Assembly (NCBI RefSeq): GCF_006345805.1
Contig: NW_021836108.1
Span: 1-25,271 of the forward strand
Length of the DNA stretch: 25,271 bases
Direction: 5' to 3'
From: Octopus sinensis
Lineage: Eukaryota
The position numbers were made by a program, and so were the translations under genes. The notes below the pieces were generated by a model. It worked only from the letters and a program-made list of their open reading frames with translations, had not been told where the DNA came from and searched no databases. This document shows positions 21,318 through 25,271 of the stretch, piece by piece. Numbering within the stretch: the stretch's first letter is position 1; each line of letters starts with the position of its first letter.

Positions 21318-21430
21318 TGGTACTCATTTCTAACTGAATGCACCGGTATAATACAAAAAAAAAAGTCCATTACACGAAAAACAGATCACATTGCCCGGGG
21401 ATCGAATCCACATCTTAAACATCGTAAAAA
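21318..21430 (-). mobile_element. Highly decayed SINE family B-like fragment
   Basis: ACTCATTTCTAACTGAATG core remnant and GGGATCGAATCC (B-box-like on the minus strand). Confidence 0.35.
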
Positions 21431-21669
21431 CCAACATCCTAAATATCGTAAATAAAAAAAAAACTTTCGCTATGCAATATTCATGTAGTTTTATTGATTT
21501 TGAGATGTTTATTGTTGTAATCAAGGAGTGTGTGATCTCCATCATAGCTTAACTAATGGACTCTTCTCACTACCGCTCCTCATCTCATTCTATCCTGCTA
21601 TGTTCCAAATTAAACACCCCACCCTATTATTCCTCCCCTCCACCCTATAAATTTCCTCCCTTGTAACTC

Positions 21670-21707
<38 letters not shown>

Positions 21708-21807
21708 TTCTACATTTAGGCATCCTCTTCCTCATACACCCAACAGTTTAGCTTGACCTACAAAAGGTCATGGTTGCTGGGTTTCTTTCTACTCTTATAT
21801 AGATTAA

Positions 21808-22025
21808 GTGTAAAATTGCGTACATCTATACATACACATACATACATGCATGCATACATACATACACACATACATACATACATACATACGCGCGCACACA
21901 CACACACACACACATAATTATATATATGTATGCACTCATACATTCATAATTATATATGCATTCATATATATATCGCACATACATATATATCTACATATAC
22001 ATACATATACATTCATACATACATG

Positions 22026-22059
<34 letters not shown>

Positions 22060-22066
22060 TATATAT

Positions 22067-22098
<32 letters not shown>

Positions 22099-22795
22099 AA
22101 TACATATTTACGTACCTACGTAACTACATAATACATAGATACACATACATTCGTACATGCATTCATTCATTCATACATACATACATACATGCATGCATAC
22201 ATACACATACACACACAGAATTTATATGAAAACACATGCACATAGATAAGAAATACACGCATAAGCACTTCTGCGTAGACACACACATACATACACAGTG
22301 ATTACTGAGTCATTATAATGGAAAAATATTGTTGTGATTACAGGATTAGCGGTATATATATTTACAGAAGGGATTAGGGATTATCTATTAAAGTGTAACA
22401 CACAGGCATACACGCACACATACGTACATGTATAGACACACATACAAATATATATATGCATATAAATAAATACATTTATACACACACATATATATACACA
22501 CACATACACATTTATGTATTTATATATATATACACACATATATGTATACACACGTAAATATATATATATGATGTATGTATGTATGTATGTATGTATGTAT
22601 GTATGTATGCATGTATGTATGCATGCATATGTATGGGTATATGTATATATTGATGCATGCATGCATACATACATACATACATACATACATACATACACAC
22701 ACACACATACATACATACATACATACATAAATACATACATACATACATACATACATACATACATACATACATACATACATACATACATACATAGA
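21808..22795. repeat. Compound (CATA)n/(TATG)n/(CA)n/(TA)n microsatellite cluster
   Basis: Direct reading; includes opposed (TATG)n and (CATA)n blocks at 22570-22790. Confidence 0.9.
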
Positions 22796-22808
22796 AATCG
22801 ACATAGCG

Positions 22809-22985
22809 GAAGCGCGTGACTTAGTGTATCGGCAGTTGCGCCCATAATCGTCAGATTGTGGTTTCGATTCTCGGATCGGGTGATGCATTGTGTCCTTGAG
22901 CAAAACACTTTTCACGTTTCTTCAGTCCAATCAACAGACTAAAGTGAGTAATCTTGTGACTGACTGATATCCTATCCAGTGGGAA
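22809..22985 (+). mobile_element. SINE family B, decayed
   Basis: GGAAGCGCGTGACTTAGTG head, GGTTTCGATTCTCGG (B-box-like), TGTGTCCTTGAGCAAAACACTTTTCACGTTTCTTCAGTCCAATCA core. Confidence 0.75.
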
Positions 22986-23040
22986 ATACATATACCACAG
23001 AATCCGGGAAACCATCCTTATATACCACTAGCAAGTTGAT

Positions 23041-23615
23041 GAATTGCTACTGTCTCTAACGGTCGAGGGTCCATCATTGACAAGACCAAAGAAGGTCGAA
23101 AGCAAGTTATCTAGTGGTCTCGGTGCTGGAGATGGTGGATATTTATCGCCATGCTAGCAATATAAACAATAGTGCCACTGCGCCTACACTAGTCATTCTA
23201 ATAGAACATCCACGCTTGAGTAGGCATAAATATTACCTCTCGGTATTAACACTGCCTCTGTCACTAATATATATATTTTTAACAAGTTAAATGGCTAATC
23301 GTGACACCAACGCCTGTTCTGGCACTGGTAATCTATATATTGCCGGCAGGGAGATGGAGTACTGCTCTCTCTAGCGGTCGAGTGTCCATCATTGACAAAT
23401 CAAACAAAATCGAAACCATGTGATCTGGTGGTCTCGGTGCTGGAAATAGCAAGGATTTATCTCTCCACTAACAATATAAACAAGAATGCATTTTGTACCA
23501 AAAGTTGATATGAGAGTTTCTTCCATGGTATCTACCGCAGTATAGTTTGTTCTAACAGAACATCCACGTTTAAGTAGGCATAAATATTAAATCTGCCTCT
23601 GTCGGTAATATACAT
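23041..23615 (+). repeat. Diverged tandem duplication, period about 315 bp
   Basis: Shared CGGTCGAG.GTCCATCATTGACAA (23060, 23375), GTGGTCTCGGTGCTGGA, CAATATAAACAA, AGAACATCCACG.TT.AGTAGGCATAAATATTA and CTGCCTCTGTC; the second copy has an insertion of about 30 bp. Confidence 0.9.
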
Positions 23616-23829
23616 GTTGCATAATATCCTCACCTTTCTGATGCTAGACTAGTGCAAGGCTTTATATATAATAAGAAAAAGCTGTGTACACATATGTCTC
23701 TCTCTCTCTCTCTCCCTCTCTCTCGATATTAAAGAATATGCTTCATGGAAGATAAAGTGAACGCAACAGAGATTCTATAATAATGCCATAGAATACCAAA
23801 ATGGTTGGAGAGATGTCTAATCCTTGTAG

Positions 23830-23912
23830 TAATGTCTGCCTTGCTGTGGGACCCAGGTTATAAAATATCAGAGCAAGTGGTTACTCCAGCATTAAGTTTT
23901 TTAACCCATCAG
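23830..23912 (+). other. Candidate internal exon (83 nt), product unknown
   Basis: CTAATCCTTGTAG| acceptor, CAG|GTTAGT donor; open frame MSALLWDPGYKISEQVVTPALSFLTHQ. Confidence 0.25.
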
Positions 23913-24199
23913 GTTAGTATATTGCAAATTGCGCATTTGCCACTAACTTCAAACTTGCAGAGATGAAAGTTATTTATTCCATGCCACGTTTAAATAAATC
24001 ACAACATGCTACTAGACATACGCATGCGTATGTGTCATGGTTTAGTGATGTCTGTAAGCAAACATACGTCAAAATATTGTCATAGGCACGGCATTGACTA
24101 CCTTGACTTCAGCTGCCTTTCAACAAGTTGTAACAGTTCTCGCCTGGTGATTGCAATGACGTGAAAGTCAAATCTTCAGTTTTAAAAAATTATCTGCGT

Positions 24200-24568
24200 A
24201 CACACAGCCATACATGTACACACACACACATGCATGTATGTACATAGCTGTATATATGTATATAGACATACACTTACAGACACACATGCATATATACATA
24301 ATACATACATACACACATACATACATACATACATACATACATACATACATACATACATACATACACATACATACATACATACGTACATACACACATACAA
24401 AACCTCTCCACCTGAAATTCTTATGTGAATAGATACGCACACATATTTACAAACTCCGGAAAAACAGAAAGTTTCGTCACATTGTTACCGAGCAGCATCA
24501 ACTCTCTCATGATGAACTGAAAGAGTACTTTAAGAAAAACATATATACATGCGTACTTACATATATGT

Positions 24569-24616
<48 letters not shown>

Positions 24617-24875
24617 TGTGTGTGTTTGTGTGCGCGCGCAGGCATGTGCGTGTGTGTGTGTGTGTGTGCGGGCGTAGGTGTGTGTGTATGTGTGTGTTGT
24701 ATGTGTGTGCGCGCGTCTCTGTGTATGTTATGTGTGAGTATGTATACGTACGTGTGTGTGTGTGGGTGTGGGTTTCTACGTGTGTATATTGTGTGTTGTG
24801 TACGTGTATGTATGTGCGTGAGTATTGTGTGTTTGCGGATGTGTGCAGGTGTGTATGTGTGTGTGTGTGTGTGTA
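24200..24875. repeat. (CATA)n and degenerate (GT)n microsatellite blocks
   Basis: Direct reading; about 120 bp of unique sequence at 24400-24540. Confidence 0.9.
24451..24516 (-). other. Candidate internal exon (66 nt) with LRR consensus
   Basis: TTTTTCTTAAAGTACTCTTTCAG| acceptor, |GTAAAT donor; the only open frame is [22 protein letters not shown], fitting LxxLxLxxNxLxxL. Confidence 0.3.
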
Positions 24876-25271
24876 ATAGAGGAAAGTTTAAGCGTATTGT
24901 TTCAATTAGATGAAATTTCCCCGAGCGCAATTTAAAAGAACTTATAGCTTTGAAGATAACGTGGGAAGTAATGATGGCGAGCATTTGAAATCCTGTGTAG
25001 AAAATGACAATGAATAGCGGAATATAATTTAGGAAAACGGTTAATTTACGAAATAAGGGCTAAATAATACAAAAAAAAAAAAGAAGAAAGAGCAAACGGA
25101 TGGACCCTAAAGAGTAAATATGAAGAATTTACGGTAATTGGAAACTGAGAAAAATCGATTTGCTAAGGGTTAGTAGGTGTCCGTCGATGAATAAGGAAGT
25201 GAATTGGAATACGGCGAGATGTAACCGTTGTGAGTGATTCACGTAAGAGAGAAAATCACACAAAATTAAGG

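Noticed and set aside
22905-22928. Minus-strand CTGAAGA-AACGT-GAAA hammerhead-like core
   Set aside because: It is a mutated family B SINE core (GGACTGGAGCAACGTGAAA in other copies); no stem III or UH follows.
24085-24150. Readings LTTLTSAAF and IDYLDFS (+) and RELLQLVERQLKS (-)
   Set aside because: Plausible-looking peptides in three frames at once indicate chance; phases do not match neighbouring candidates.

Overview
Repeat-saturated, AT-rich eukaryotic DNA, not prokaryotic. The SINE families, LINE tails and dense (CATA)n/(TA)n/(GAT)n tracts look like an octopus (cephalopod) genome; this is recalled resemblance, not a database result. Supported content: (1) a full-length but dead 3.27-kb hAT DNA transposon (15955-19228) with TIRs and a disrupted DUF4371/hATC transposase, interrupted by a SINE; (2) two clusters of non-autonomous Helitron-like elements (about 3217-5215 + and 10220-12190 -); (3) about ten tRNA-derived SINE copies of at least two families; (4) LINE 3' fragments (L1/Tx1 zf-RVT, RTE-like C2H2 end); (5) several diverged tandem or inverted duplications. 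No host gene can be named and only low-confidence exon candidates were seen. Nearly all ORF-track entries are microsatellite artefacts. The most interesting signal is three degenerate type-I hammerhead-ribozyme-like motifs (1298-1323 -, 3065-3104 +, 19749-19809 -). Two sit in short islands inside (TA)n tracts and one lies directly behind a tRNA-like Pol III head. All three carry core defects, so activity of these copies is doubtful.
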